Part shown: positions 24,119 through 39,390 of the stretch, one piece after another
Numbering within the stretch: position 1 is the first letter of the stretch
Layout of the letters: each line of letters opens with the position of its first letter
Assembly: GCA_946965045.2 (NCBI GenBank)
Contig: OX337232.1
Coordinates: forward strand, 3,844,001 to 3,908,000
Direction of reading: 5' to 3'
DNA: 64,000 nt
Source of the DNA: Epithemia pelagica
Lineage: Eukaryota > Protista > Bacillariophyta
Notes under the pieces: generated by a model
Told to the model about the DNA's origin: nothing
Databases searched by the model: none
The model's input: only the letters and a program-made list of their open reading frames with translations
Translations under genes and position numbers: made by a program

Positions 24119-24734
24119 ATGCAAGAGAAACATCCTCATCAAGTTCTCTTCTAGTTTGCAGACGCCAAGTGACGTGCACGTCCAAAACATGTTCGATTAC
24201 GACGTTCTTCCGATATGGATGGTTCGTCTGTGGATCCTGTCGTTGTGAAAACTTTGGAGAAACTACAACGCTGGTTCGAATTTTGCTCTCTAGCTATTAG
24301 AGACAAGACGATAGGTATCTTTCTTGAGGCAGGTCGTAGCCGCTTCAGTGTTCCTCTGTGTCGTAGAAGGAAGACGATGGTCACTGTGGTTGCATTTTCC
24401 GATAGCATAATACCACACACAAGACAACCTGTACATGGTTCACTTTTGTACTCATCTCTAGGGAAGGCTAGACGAGAGAAAACTACTCCTATTGCATGCC
24501 TGAGACGCAAGAGCGGGATCGTGCGATCCATAAGCGATCAATGGGGGGTGCGGTGATTGGGGGGAGATTCAAACAAACACTGCGACGCCCCGCCCTTCAA
24601 CTTCAAGACCATCTCAAGATTGCATACAGTAAGGTGGTTGATGCTCTGCACCAGTGTTTGGAACTCTCGACAGACATTCACTTCCTGTGCTTATTATTGT
24701 TTTGCGAGTAGATCCTGTCTCTCTCTCTCTCATC

Positions 24735-25916
<1,182 letters not shown>

Positions 25917-26848
25917 GTACATTTCGCAGTCGACGCAAATCAGCACTGTCTTTCTATCATCATACACCGTACCGTTTGTGGACAGAGGTTAAACAATCAT
26001 GTCGACGACGTTGTTCTTCATCAAGGCCTACTTTCTACGTGATCTATTAGTATATACAAGTTCTTATCTCCGAAGTAGATGCATGATATCACTGGAATTG
26101 TTACGAAACTTGACAAAACCGACTTAAAGCAGGGACGGTGAGGTGCAAATGGACTACAACGGCCGAATCTTGAAGGGGGGAGCAGTTCTTGTCGGACGAC
26201 ATTGGAATCATGGGGAACGGAGTAATTGCGAAGAAGGACTCTCGGGGTATAATAGCTCCACAGTACACTTGTGTAGCCATCCGTTCATTCGCAATCTCCT
26301 CCTTCGACCCGATATTTGGAGTGGCCATAGAGTTGGGGGGGGGGGGGGTTGGGGGGCACGTCTACATCTTTCTGTGATTATTATTATTATTTGTGATCTG
26401 ATCGTCGTTGGTGTGCAGCAGCAGCAGCAAGACGACATGATATGATCACACAAAAGACTTGTGCTCGGTCCCAACTGTCGATTGTGTGAGCGTGCGAGGA
26501 TCGACAGGCGCGGGAATGGTCGACAAGCGATTTCATTCTCAAATCGCTACTAGGTCGCTTGAAAAGATCGCAGTGATGCTGGGACTTATTGTTGCAGCGG
26601 GGACTGTGATGGAGAGATCCATAGTTCAGTCGGGTCCCGTTCTATACGACGAATTGCCATCTGCTCGGTTCTTCAAGAGTTGCTTCCGCATAGGGTATCT
26701 TCTTCCTCTTGTTTGGGGTGTCGGTGCTCCATGAAGATGAACTATCAAGAGCACAGCGATTCTCATTGTCTCGTTTCACGAAGCAGCGTTTCCAAACAAG
26801 CAAAGAAAACTCGGCGACACCAAAAGAAACCAGCGCAACATTCGAATC

Positions 26849-29780
26849 ATGAAAGCAATTGCACCAAACAACAAGATACGACCACGAGCCAGAATGGCTC
26901 TGGTTCTAGGTACTTTGGTGGTTGTCACCATTGGTCTAGAGGTCCTTGTCTTCTTTCAAGTGATCCAACCACTCCGTCTTGACAGGAAGAACAAGAGCTT
27001 GTCATCTTCCTCCTCATCATTATCATCATCGTACAACAAGGTCCAAGAGTCGTCGTCACCATTACCGAACGTATTGCTGCAATTCGAGTTGCTTCCGCAT
27101 GTCACACTGATTCAACAACGAGAACAACGACATCCACAACTACAACTCCACGAGCATGCCCACCGACGACGGTTACGGAATAATAGCAAGCGAAACAGTA
27201 CCAGTCCCCCTAAGAATGCACTCAACGAGCCACAACCTCCCATGGTGCGGCTACCCCCGCCCCTCTATCCACGACGAAGACAACGACAACAACAGCAAGC
27301 TTCTCGACAAGTATTGGAGGACCCTTCCGAAATTTCAACACCACAAGTTCCCTTGTGGCAGGGACATGGAACGCATTACCTTACCGTCTGGATCGGTCAT
27401 CCCATACCGCAACAGCAAACGTGGATTGTCGATACCGGATCCAGTGTCACGGCCATACCTTGTGTCGGCTATTATTCGGATAGTGAGAATGACAAGAATG
27501 AGGATTCGGAACCACCATCACCTACCGTTCATCACTGGACGAATCCACTCTTTGATCCATCCTTATCGTCCACATTTGAGACGCTTGGCTGTTCAGGAGG
27601 AGACGATGAATGTAGCCAAACCTTTTATCATGGCACCTGTCCAACAACGGACAACACCAACAACAACACAACCAGCACTTCCACAGATTGTCAAATTGAC
27701 ATGACCTATGCCGAGCACAGTTCCTGGAAAGCTCGTGGAGTTAAGGATTGGGTGTCGTTCGTGGGTCCACCATCACAACAACAAGAGGAAACAGAAACAG
27801 CAGCAGCAACACAGACACAGGAGAATACTAGTATCGACTCATCATCTCGACAATAAAAGATGGAATTTGAATTGGCCTTTGGGTGTCAAACGCACGTGAC
27901 GGGGTATTTTGTCACACAGGTATGTGTGTGTGATTCTATTGTTGTGTTGTGCGTTAGAGCAATGTCATTCTCCACTCTTGCTGTTTCTTGGGTGTGATTC
28001 TGGGACACACTTTTTTATCTACTATGCCACGAACACATTTCGTTTACCACTCTATTTTTCGACTCTCACAATGATTGATTCTATGCTACACATATAGTTG
28101 GCCAATGGAATTGCCGGTTTGAACCGAGATGCCACCTCCTTGATTCCCCAAATGACGGCCAGTCTGGTGCGACAACAACAAGAGCAACAACCACAAGAAG
28201 AAGAGCAACAACATATGCCACTGCCCAATCGTGTCGAGTCGTCCTCCTCCACAACGACATCGACTCCAGGTACCAAGAATCTCGTGTTTTCGCTTTGCTT
28301 TGCACCGCCCCCGGAGCAACCAACGTCAAGTGGGACTGCTGCAGCGCCTGCTGCTCCTGTGGAACGGCCGGCCGGTACAATGACTCTATTCGCAGGCGGA
28401 ACCGATGCGCCATGGCCAACGACAACGACAACAGGGCCCTCCTCTTCCCTGGTTTGGACGGCTCCCAGTCATGGGCCTGATCCAACGAACCGTGCCAGTC
28501 CTGACGACAATGACGACAACAATGATCGGTATTTTACCGTCGAAATTCGACAAGTCTATTTGCAACCGGCTCATTCCATTCACAAACATGGATGGGATAG
28601 CCTCGTGTCGCTCGACTTGAATGCGACGGAATTGGATTCGCTCAATGGTCGTACCAACAGCAAGAACGACAATCACCAGAAACCACAAGGTCTGCAAGTG
28701 ATTGTGGATAGTGGCACGACCGAAACCTACTTGTCCCAGTCGGTCCAAACCAAATTTCAAACGCTCTTTAACCAAATGACCGTGGGATTGTTGGAGTATC
28801 GAGGGGGGTTGACTGGTCATTCCTTGTACCAATTGTCACCCTATCAACTTGAGTCCCTTCCCACCATTTGGTTGCAATTGGTGGGAGATGAAACGCGCAA
28901 CTCGATTGTTTCGTCGTCCTCGTCGTCCACTACGGTCGTCCAAAGTGGCAGTATGGCACGGGGCGTCGATCCTCGTCATGCCATGGATGTGTTGGTGGCC
29001 ATTCCACCGACGCAGAACATGGAATATTTGGCCGAATCGCAAAAGTGGACCTTTGGAGTCTTTGCCAATGAACCGTCCGGTGCCGTCTTGGGTGCCAATG
29101 TCCTCATGGGACATGAAGTAGCCTTTGAGATCGATAGCAATCAAGTGGGATGGGCCCCATCGGATTGTCGTCCTTCACAACCACAAGCATCCCAGAACAA
29201 TACGACGCCAAACCAGCAACAGCAACAAGCCAATGGTACCAGTGGTGGTGTTGGAACGAATGATACGAGCAACAAGTCGGAGGATACAAACAGTACTTCC
29301 ACCGTGAATGAGAAGGAGGAGCAAGGGTCTTGGTGGACCTTTCGACGTGGATTGGCGTCCTCCTTTCATTCGTCGTCGTCCTCATCGTCTTGTTCCAGGA
29401 CAAGGACTGTTCTTTCGACGGTCGGGGGAGGCATTGCCGTCTTGGTGACTGTCGGAGGATTGTTGCGGGTGGTATTCCAATGGGGATGTCCAGCCACCAC
29501 CGAATCCTGTTGGTTCCATAGTACCAGACACGAGACACATCCTAAAGGAGCAGCAACCACAAGACCAGGACAGGTTCGTCCTGGCTTTGCCAAATTGACC
29601 TGTAGTGGCGACGACAATGACACTGACGAACCAGACGTGGAGGATGCGATCGACTGCAATAGAAGTAGTACGACCCAGGATTCATTCCTCGTTTTGGACC
29701 AAGGCCAGGACAATTCTCATCTTGACGACGACCACAAGACTGCGGACATGTCGCAACCAGTCCGAGACAGACAAATATGA
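26849..29780 (+). pseudogene. Membrane-anchored pepsin-family (A1) aspartic protease with one in-frame TAA; exons 26849-27919 and 28098-29780
   Basis: IVDTGSS and IVDSGTT catalytic motifs, FGCQ…TQ|LANGIAGL, LGANVLMGHEVAF, N- and C-terminal hydrophobic segments. TAA at 27854-27856 in a low-complexity loop. Confidence 0.8.
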
Positions 29781-30390
29781 GTGAGGGCCTTTTCTTGTCG
29801 TCGTTATAAGAGGTGGGCTTTTTCTGGACAGTGTGGAATCCCGTTTTGTTGGTTCTTGACTAAAGAGTGGAAAACCAAGGCGACAGCGTGGATGGCATGA
29901 TAAATCCTGCACAAAAGAGATGGAACAAAAGTAATGCTAGCCTGTTCCAAGCAGTAAGAATAAATCGACAGACTTTTGTTTGGTTCGTCTATGTGGCCCC
30001 TTGTCACAAGCGGGCTGTCCCCCTGCTCCATGATTCCGAGAGTAATGGCGCCAGTGCAGTCGTTCGACCGTACCCTAGTGGGTAGGCGCGGCAGCTGGAA
30101 GAATAGACTATTCTCTCTCTATTTTGGCCACCGTCGCATTCCTTGGCGTGGTGGTAGTTTCTCCGAGAGACTCTTCGCAATGGTACAGGCAGTGGGCTGT
30201 TCCCTTTTTTGGGCCGATCGCCGCGGGGGAGTAGCCGACGTGTGCGCTTTTCTCCTAGAATTGGCGTGCGCGATCAACGACGATGAGAAAGACCACACAG
30301 CTCTCATCTCTCTCTCAATGCCAGAGCTACACTATTCTGAGACAACCAGACAGAATGGAAGAACAAGGACGACAACAAGAGAAGGAAAGG

Positions 30391-32968
30391 ATGAATGACT
30401 TGTCGGACGCCGACCGGGCATCCTCTTCCGCCGACACTCGTAGCAACCAGCATTCCGTCGAAACTCCTCCAGCTGCTGCTCCATCCTTGACGAAACAAGT
30501 GAGCAATTTGTCACGATCGGATGTCAGTCCAGACGACAATGATTCGGAGGATTCCGATTCAATGCGAGGCACGGCCGCTGCCATGGGCATGGCCGCCTTT
30601 GCCCCTGAAAGTACCACCTGGCGCATGGCCTTGGAACAAGCCGAGTACGTACTGTAATATAGACTTTGGATGGATGGATGGATGGATTGGAGGAGGACGA
30701 GTGCGGTTGCCACAGTTAGTTGCATAGATGGTCGACACTCTTGGTCTCTCATGGTGTGTTTTTCTCAATCGTGGTGTTCTTCTCTTTTTTTTCTCTTGAC
30801 ATGTGTGTTTCTGTGTGTGCGTCTGCTGTTTTGTCTTGGTTTCATCACGACACTTTCTAATATATAGAGTCGAAACGGCTCGTTTTTGTTTTCCGGCGGG
30901 CTTTACCAAACACTTGATTCCGCTCCTGACGAGTGTGACCGCCTTGACCTTTACCGGTGTCGGTGGTTGGGATTGTACCTTTTTTCAAGGCGCCACCATT
31001 CGCTTTACTGGCAATCGTTATGGCTTGTGGACGCTGGAAGATGTCAGTGGCAAGTGTCAATTGTGGGATGTCTTGTTTTTTAATTTTACCCTGGGTGGAC
31101 CACTCGTCACGGCCCGTGTTTTTAGCATGACGGCCATGTTGTTGGGTTTGGCCTTGGTGGCCACCATGGCACAAGCCTCGCAATTTCATTTGGCCAGTTG
31201 GGGCATTGGTTTGGCCTTGTTTATTCTCTTTGTCATTTCCCTGTCCACCACATCTATTTTCAATGTCTGGGTCGTGTTTTGGCTCTTTACCTATGCAATC
31301 ATGGTGTTGATGATTCGGGCCATTTTCATTCATCCCGTGGCGCGCCACATTTCAACGCGGGGGAGCAAAATTATTGCCGCCTGCTACATTTTTTGTGCCC
31401 TGTGTTGTCTCATGACCATGGTGGTCCTCAAGAGTGATTATTGTACCTGTTCCAATATCACGTCGGAACGCTTGGAAGATCGCAATGTCGGACAACCCTG
31501 CAATGGTTCGTGTAGCATGGGCTGGGCCGGCTATGCCATGGTGGTGGCCAGTGTCTTGTGGATTGCCGCGGCCGTGTGTTGTTTGAAATTTGGCATTCAA
31601 CCCGAAACTCTGAATGAAAATCGACGACGGCCCAAGGAATGGTACGCCCATTATCCCCATCAATCCATGGTCACCCGCGCCGTGAATTTTGCCACCAGAT
31701 TGGGACATCGCAGTGGCCATGGTGGAAGTAGTACCAATTCCAAGAGTCATCCTCAACATCACCACAGCAGCAACAGCAACAATAGTCAACAGGGTAGTAC
31801 CACGTCGAGCCAACCGCCACTCTTGGAAGCCCAATCATCGATTGTCCGATCCAGTCTCAGTAGTACCAGTGCGACGGCGTCGGCGACGACCACCAACCAA
31901 AAATCGGTTCGCTTTCAAGATTCCAACACTACGACGGATGGCACGGCCACACAACCCGCCGAGAGGATACAGATGAAACCCATTAACGAATTGCACAGTC
32001 ATCACGATCTTACCCTTGAGACCAACAAGGAAATTACTCCGGCGGACGATGAAGAAAATTCGCTATTGGCCGCCGAACACAGTCGAGAATTGGAACAACA
32101 AGACCAAAGTGACTTGGCGGCCCTCTATGACGCCACGCCCTCTGGAGACCATGAGGATGCCGAATTGGATTGGAGCGATTTGGAAGATACCCGTGGCTGG
32201 TGTCAAAAGTGTTGTTGCGATTATCGGATTGAGCCACGCAGCCGCAAGGAACGATGGATGTTTTGGTCCTTCCGAACCATCTTGGGCTTGGGCTTTGTCA
32301 TTTACGCCCTCTTTGTCTACATGTTGATTGGATCGCGGTCGGAAAATACGGCCGCTGCCAAAAAGCCCGACACGACGCCCTATTTTACCACCAATTGGGT
32401 CTGTGCCTTTAATCCACTCGACCCCAAGGGGGAGGAATTTCAAAGCTTTGTCAATCAAGAAGCGGCCAAGGCTCAAAATTGGACCATTGCCCATTGTGGC
32501 AAGTGTGGATATTGCTCCAACCCGCACGATATTCAAACCTATGTCGAAACCCGCAAGACCATTGCCAAGACTGCCAAAAAGTGTGGACCAAAAGTGTTTT
32601 TGGGAACCTATGACGACTTGGTGGATTGCCTCGAAGATCGAATTGGATTCACTCGACCCTGTACGGAATGTTGGGCCGACAACATGGACAATACTGCTGA
32701 AAAGTGTTTGTCCACGTGTATGCGGACACTGTTTAGTGGATTCATGACAGACAACAATGTCCCCGGTGCCGGCGATCAGGGATGGTTGAATCAATGCCTG
32801 TTTTGCGATGAAAAAATGTCCGGACCCGCCTTTGTCACGTGCAGTGGGGTGGCGCGACGACGACTGGGCATTCAATCCGAAATTGAACGAAACCCCGTCG
32901 AACAATGCAAGCGCGTCGACATTGACTGGGTAAATGTCAATTGGAAGGAAATTGGCTTTGAAGACTAA
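30391..32968 (+). CDS. Multi-pass membrane protein with C-terminal Cys-rich domain; exons 30391-30644 and 30868-32968
   Basis: Phase-2 intron GA|gtacgt…tatag|A. Several TM helices. AHCGKCGYCS…CTECW…CLFCDEKMSGPAFVTCSGVARRRLGI domain. Confidence 0.75.
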
Positions 32969-33359
32969 CAACAACACAACAACAAGAAGAAGAAGGGTAC
33001 AAGGATTGCCAAAAGATTGTCAAGACGACGCACATGTGTAGTCTCATGCTCGTGTTGTCTTGCCAAGATCGGCGATTGCAACGCAAGTTGTTATCTGTTG
33101 TGGCTGAGAGGATACGAACGAGAGTCTCTCGTTGATTAAGATGTTGAGAGAGAAGGACAAATCCCTTTTGGTTGAAAAAGAGCGAGATTACTGTCAATGA
33201 TCCTTTCATTGGCTGTTGTATCTGATGGATGGAGTGGTCGTCAGTTTCCTCTTTGCGGTCAGCCCTAGGAAGAAATATATATGTAGTTGTGTGTAGCTAA
33301 TTATGGTGTTAATAGACGACCTGTCTTCCTATAGTAGAATGGATGGAACCACTTTGGTT

Positions 33360-33490
33360 TCTTCTTGGATGCTTCTTCTTGTTGTTGTTGCGTGGACGAC
33401 AATCGGGCCCATCCCACTTGATTGGCATTGATATCCAAGGCCACTTCGTCATGTCACATGAGGATATGTATGGCACCCAAGATTGCCATT
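33360..33490 (-). pseudogene. Inverted fragment of the aspartic protease gene
   Basis: Reverse complement matches 29080-29190 (cttgggtgcca…cctcatg.gacatga…aatcaagtgggatggg…gattgtcgtcc). Confidence 0.75.
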
Positions 33491-34188
33491 GTCGTCTCTA
33501 ACGTCGCACCAACCAACCTCACAACAAAAGCAAAGACCCTGCAAGGGAACATCGACTCGACAACCTGCGCTTGGAGCTGCGTGCGTCGTTAAGTTCGTTC
33601 ATATGGACGCATTGGACATATCCGTAGCGTAGATTGGCTTTTCCGTATGGATTGATTTCTCGGACGACAACGCCATCTGCGTCTTCACAGAGCCGTTGAT
33701 CAAAGAGAGCTTGTTTTGGTTCTAGTGTAGAATCTCTCACCCTCATACGTTGGATTCCATTGCTCGATAAAGACGCAACGGCAAGAGGACGGAGACTCGA
33801 CGTATCCTGTTGTAGCCGTTGTTGGTGGCACAGGGTCGGCTGTGTGTGTATCCGTAGTCCTCGTCTTGGTGGATTGTTGGTTGCTTTCGTCAAGCGCCGA
33901 CTCGCCGCACCTCCATTGCCGTGCCGACGGCCGACACACGCAAACCGGCATTGTCTACTCTACTTTTTGGCTGGTCTCGTAGGCGAAGCAAAAGTGTCCT
34001 TCGGCCGAGTGCTCACACAAAACCAAAAACCCTCTGATCTGAAAATCAAATTGCTGCCAAACCAAAACCAAAACCAAAAACAAAAAAAAACAAAAAGTCT
34101 ATCTGTTATCGTTATTATGCGTATTGTTATCTTTACGTGTTGTGCTGACCTTGTGAACTCTCCACCATTCGTGTGTGAATGTAGTCGC

Positions 34189-34623
34189 ATGAAGCGCAAG
34201 CGCGGTCGCGGCTTCGAGTTTGTGAACAAAAACAAACGTCGCAAGACCAATGCTTGCAGCTTTGTGCCTGTTCCGACGCCGAGGCAATCCCCGGTGTCGG
34301 TGTCGTTCGATCTACTGTTAAAATACAGTACTGTTAGGAAGAAGTACAAAGCTTCTTACCGCTCCTTTGCTTCTTTGCCTTCGATTGCAGAGCAGCTTGT
34401 TGAACCTGAACCTGAAGAAGCTCCCGCTCCCGCGATCGCTGAAGAAGAAGAAGAAGAAGGACCCCCGATTTTCCCCCTCGAGTCTGAAGATCCGCCCCCG
34501 ATTGTCGAAGAACTCCCCCCTCCTCAAGAACCATTGCTGGGATCGTTTTGGGTCGGTGGTGTGCGTCGGTCGAGAGGTCGACATTGGAAAGAGTTTGGCC
34601 ATCTATTATGTTGCTTTGGTTGA
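34189..34623 (+). CDS. Hypothetical protein (basic N-terminus, acidic/Pro-rich centre)
   Basis: MKRKRGRG…EPEPEEAP…LGSFWVGGVRRSR. No family recognised. Confidence 0.35.
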   Translation: MKRKRGRGFEFVNKNKRRKTNACSFVPVPTPRQSPVSVSFDLLLKYSTVRKKYKASYRSFASLPSIAEQLVEPEPEEAPAPAIAEEEEEEGPPIFPLESEDPPPIVEELPPPQEPLLGSFWVGGVRRSRGRHWKEFGHLLCCFG

Positions 34624-34699
34624 CTCCGCACTCCGCACCTCGCCCCACACACCAGGGACACACACGACTCGTCGCCTGCCGCGGCGTGTGATTGGCGAT

Positions 34700-34860
34700 G
34701 ATGGCGCGCGGACCTCGACCAAAAACGCTACCTCTGCTATGCGAATCTCACTACGAATAGCTACGGAGGGCTCTTCCATAGAGCTATCAAAGCTACTCCT
34801 ACCAAAGCTACTCCTACCTTTCACGAGAGTTTCATTCATTATTCATGGGGCTATCGCTCA
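34700..34860 (+). repeat. Dispersed direct repeat family, copy 1
   Basis: aaaacgctacctctgctatgc…aatagctac.gag..ctcttccatag…caaagct.ctcctacc…agtttcattcat shared with 38965 and 41095. Confidence 0.8.
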
Positions 34861-35243
34861 TTGTGATACTTGTGATACAAGAAACGGTCCATGGCGGAAG
34901 GGTGGGAAGCAACAACAAGGATGATCTCGTAGTGGTTGCGTGGTGGTTGTTGTGAGTTTTCATGTCAATGGCGGAAAATCGCCGATTTTGAGACGACGCC
35001 TCTTTGGGGTGAGTAGTGTACCCGATTGCAAACACTAACTACTCATTCAAGACCAGGTGGCTCACCCTTCCGCTATCTAAGGGGAACAGAATTGGGATAT
35101 ATGTGGTCCATGGTCCCAATCGACATCGACACATTGTCCAATACCAACATATATTAAGTCTCTTTATTGACATCATTTAACATCTCTACTGCGCAGCATA
35201 CGTTGAAGGTTGTTATTGAAAACAGTACCGACATATATCATGC

Positions 35244-38200
35244 CTACCGAAACCACAATGACGGTTTTCCCGGTGTGACATTCTCAACAATCCTGTCGGG
35301 AAGTTCCTTTGACGCAGCATTCTCGCCTCCCGCCTTGATGATATCTATCTCACTCACATTGCTCAACTGGGATTGGATGTACTTGACATTTTGCGTCAGA
35401 ATTTCTTCTTGGTCAAACGGCACTTGAACATCCATTGCCGCTTCACCAACATCTTGGACTTCCGTCATGATAAAATTACCAAACTGCATAGCCAACTTGA
35501 TCAGCTTCTTGTCTGTGAAATGCTGCCCAGTCCAGTTCTTCATATCTTTCAGTATCGTACATGAGAACTTGCCATCCTTGTACTGCGATTGAAGCCACGT
35601 CAAAACATCAACTTTCCATTGGGGGTAAGTGTCCGAAACGACAATGGAAACTGTCTTCCAACCTTTTTTCGCCTTCCCTGCTTGAGCTCGGAACCCCTTC
35701 AGGGCGCTTCTTAGGAACATGGCTTTTCTCGTCAGCATCTTATCTTCTGGCTCTTGTTTCGGCCACGGAGCTTTGACTGCCAATCCCTCATTCCCAAGAA
35801 TGTTCGTCCAAATCTTTTCCGACCAATGAGGACAAACAGGGCAGATCATGATCACAATAGCCTCCATCCAGCGTCGAATGACTTTCTTGTGCATAGAAAT
35901 GTCACTGGCAGCTAACCACGCTCTGTACTCGTTCCGGGCATTCAACATGTCAAACCAACCCAACTTGATACCAGTCTTGAACTGCATCGAGGCAAAATTC
36001 GTTTTTGCACCGTCAATCGAACGATTGACTTGGTTCATCAAAATCTGGTCCATCACATTCATGTCTTTGCCGTCTCGCATCTGTTCCATTGCAGCAACCG
36101 TTTCGCTGATCCAGGCTTCTTCGGTAACCAACGTCAAGACGGCCGAATCGGCTTGTTCCAGACAGAAATTGGCATCGTCCAGAGAATCCCCGGCATCGGC
36201 ACAGGCAAACCGAGTAGCATCGGATCCGTACTTGTCGCACGTCTCCTTCATAGTCAGAAAGTTTCCCTTTGCTTTACTCATCTTCTCGGCATTGACCAGG
36301 ACGTGTCCATTGCAGTAATATCCACGCGGCCATAGCTCGGGTTCATCTTCCCAAATAGCAGCGTGATGGAACAACGCCATTGTCAAGTGATTCGGGATCA
36401 AATCCTTGGCACTCACTCGCAATGCCATGGGGTACCAGTATCGAAACTCGTCCCGCATCCGGTTCAGGGTTTCCACTGGGATGTTACAGTCCGGGGGAAC
36501 CGAGAATCCCTTTCGATAAATGTAGTTAAACACGTCCTTGGTCAAGTCAGCAGGATCAATCTGCCCTGGTGATTTCGACTTGTCACCTTTTAAATTATCT
36601 GGCCCTTGCAAAATGTGGGAAATGGTATAATATGCCATATAGATGGTACTGTCCGACAAACTTTCAATGACCCATGCGGTATCCCATGGTAAAAAGGTTC
36701 CAAGTCCAAACTGACGGGTGCAGGCCCATTCTTTTAACCACCCAATAGAGTAGTCATATCTTTTCAAGGCATTGGGATCATAGGCATCAAAGTTACCACT
36801 TTCCATGACATGGGTTCTGACCACACGTGACCACGATTCTTCCCCGTACGCCAAATACCATTGGTCGGTGGCGGCTGTCACAACAAAGTTTGACAAGGGA
36901 AAGGGAGCAGTGGTTAGATTTCACGAATTGTGAAGGACATCGCGAATCTAGTTCGTCGAACTTACCAACAACGCACTCATCATGGGTACGCGAAACAACC
37001 TTGGACTCTGGTTCAAAGTACAAACACGCCTGTCCAGCGTCGATCATTTCTTGTTTGATGACTGGTTTGGCCTCGCTGACTTTTTTACCATCATGTGGGC
37101 CACAGGACATGACACCGATTGTGAATCCTTTCAAGTATGTTTCGTCTTTGGCCTCTGTCAATTTCGCCTTGTCATTTGGTGACTTGATTTTGAGCTTTTC
37201 GCACATAAAGACAGCAGAAGCTTCTCCATACCCTGAGATTGAGATAATGGGAACGACTTGAAAAGGCATCACCATATCGTCCGTAATGCCATATTTGGCT
37301 CGAAAGTCGGGCTTATCTTGCAAGGCTTTAAGGGAAACATAGTCATCCGGTGCATCACTAGGAACTGAGGTAACGACTCCAGTTCCTTTATTCATACTGA
37401 TGGTCAACAAGGGCAGCGTGTAAACCTTTTCATACGTGGCCAACGGAGCTTTTAGAGGCAACCCCAGAAGTTCATTACCCATAAAAGTTTCAAGGCATTC
37501 GATTTTACCAAATTCCTTGGTAAAGTAGTCATTGCCCTTCAACACTTGACATGACAAGCCCCGAGCCGACCGAGCACTCATAATAAAAACTTCATTCGTC
37601 GCGTCAATGACATAGGCACCGTACTCTCCTTCCGGTAACACAAAGCAATTGGTTTGACCATACATGGTTTCAGGCCGCAAGGTGGCTGGAACAAGAAAGA
37701 CCGGTCGACCACCCGCCTTTTCATCCAACAACTTTTGCATTTTGACATGGCGCTCTTGTCCATGGTCCGGAGGGAGCACCTGCAACTTGATCAAGACATA
37801 CTCTTGCGGACCAACTCCCTCACCTTCGGACCTGTCGTGATCGGCACAGACTTGTCCATCTACCAACGAGTACACATTATTACGTTTGCCAAACAAAACT
37901 TTCTCTTTCTCCTTTAGGACTTCAAATTGCCAACGAATAAAAGCATCGTAGTAAGGGTTCACAAACGTCGTGATGAAGGATCTTCTCCAATCGATACCAG
38001 CTCCAAAGTCTTTCAAATGATCAACACCAATCGGAGGAAAATAAGACAGCCAATGAAGAGCGTCTTGAAACGAAGGAATTTCATCCTCGGGGACCATTTT
38101 CTTGAGAATATTCCATTGCCTTACTATACCCTTCCCTGTCTTTTGGACAAGCTTCGTTTTACCGCCCTTGGCCTTTTTTTCACCTGCTGCTAGCTTCTTT

Positions 38201-38747
38201 GCAGCTTCTTCTGCAGCTGCCAACGTCTTCGCCTCCATCTTGGCTCTTAGTTCAGGATCATCTTCGGGAAATTTTGGTGGACAACCATATGTCTCAATCT
38301 CAGTTTTCAGCTTATTAGCAGCCTATTCAGATCATGAAAACGGTGAGAACGAGAGAGCGGGAGACACGCAACGTCACTTTAAACATCGTTGGCACCCAGC
38401 AAAAAACATCTCGTTTCACTCACTGCTTGAATTGGCATGCCGGTGCAATGAAATGCAAAAGGGAACAGCACATTCTTGCCCATGTGACGTTCAAACTGCG
38501 CTCGAAATACGGCTTTTGTCAAGGAAAACGCATGACCAATGTGCAAATTTCCATTGGAATAAGGATACGGAAACGTGACCATAAATGGCTCCTTGCTGGT
38601 ATCGGGGTCCGCTTCAAAGGCGCCTTGCTCCTCCCACAGTTTTTGGACTCGGAGTTCGTTGGTCCGCAACGCATCACGCTTTGCCGTACTCTTCGCACCA
38701 CTTCCACCAGTGGCATTTGTCGACTCTTGGTTGTCCGATGAAGACAT
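35244..38747 (-). CDS. LARS1: Cytosolic leucyl-tRNA synthetase (~1103 aa); exons 38747-38424, 38322-36966, 36874-35244
   Basis: [52 protein letters not shown]-like [14 protein letters not shown]. Both introns GT-AG and frame-consistent. Confidence 0.96.
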
Positions 38748-38964
38748 GCTATCTCTTTCTATCTTTTGTGGCGACAGGATGGACTTCTCTGTTTGTTCGA
38801 CTTGCTGTGAACATGCTCATGGCGTGTTTGTGAGCTGCAAGTTGATGCTCGCAATGAATGTCACTCGCGCTCATACACGTCTCTCGAGAAAAGATCCAAA
38901 AGATCTCTCGCCGTCCACGTTTGTCATATATCTGTCCATCAATGTTTGTGCGATCGGAACATTG

Positions 38965-39390
38965 GCGATCGCGCGCGGACCAGGACAAAACGCTACCTCT
39001 GCTATGCTAATCTAGCTACCAAATAGCTACAGAGCGCTCTTCCATAGCGATGAAAGCTGCTCCCTATCAAAGCTCCTCCTACCTTGAACAAGTTTCATTC
39101 ATCCATGACCATGGGACTACCTATCGCAACAACAAAGTTACTCCTACATCGAAGAACACCTCTTGTCACAAAGAATAGAGCCTTCTTATAGTGAATACCT
39201 ATATACGAATAAAACCCCCCACAGAAAAAACACAGATAGAAGACTATGGATGACGATGAATTCATCATCATCATGATATGATCATCATGATCATCGCGAT
39301 ACTGGTAAGATATGAAGAAATTGAACTTGCTTTACCCACGGAACACAAGAAAAAGCCGCCGAGTGGACTGTGAGAATCAATCTTGGTAGA
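38965..39390 (+). repeat. Dispersed direct repeat family, copy 2
   Basis: ~400-bp match to 41095-41495, including acaaagaatagagccttcttatagt and gactatggatgacgatgaattcatcatcatcatgatatgatcatcatgatc. Confidence 0.85.

Noticed and set aside
26334-26357. G-rich run as a functional G-quadruplex
   Set aside because: A single homopolymer-like tract of uncertain length, with no supporting context.
27761-27859. 99-nt intron removing the protease TAA
   Set aside because: The frame would be preserved (TTC|gtgggt…aaag|ATG), but there is no pyrimidine tract and the segment looks like coding low-complexity sequence. Not excluded without RNA-seq.
33519-33893. HSP70-like fragment on the minus strand
   Set aside because: Only a vague few-residue resemblance; no diagnostic motif.
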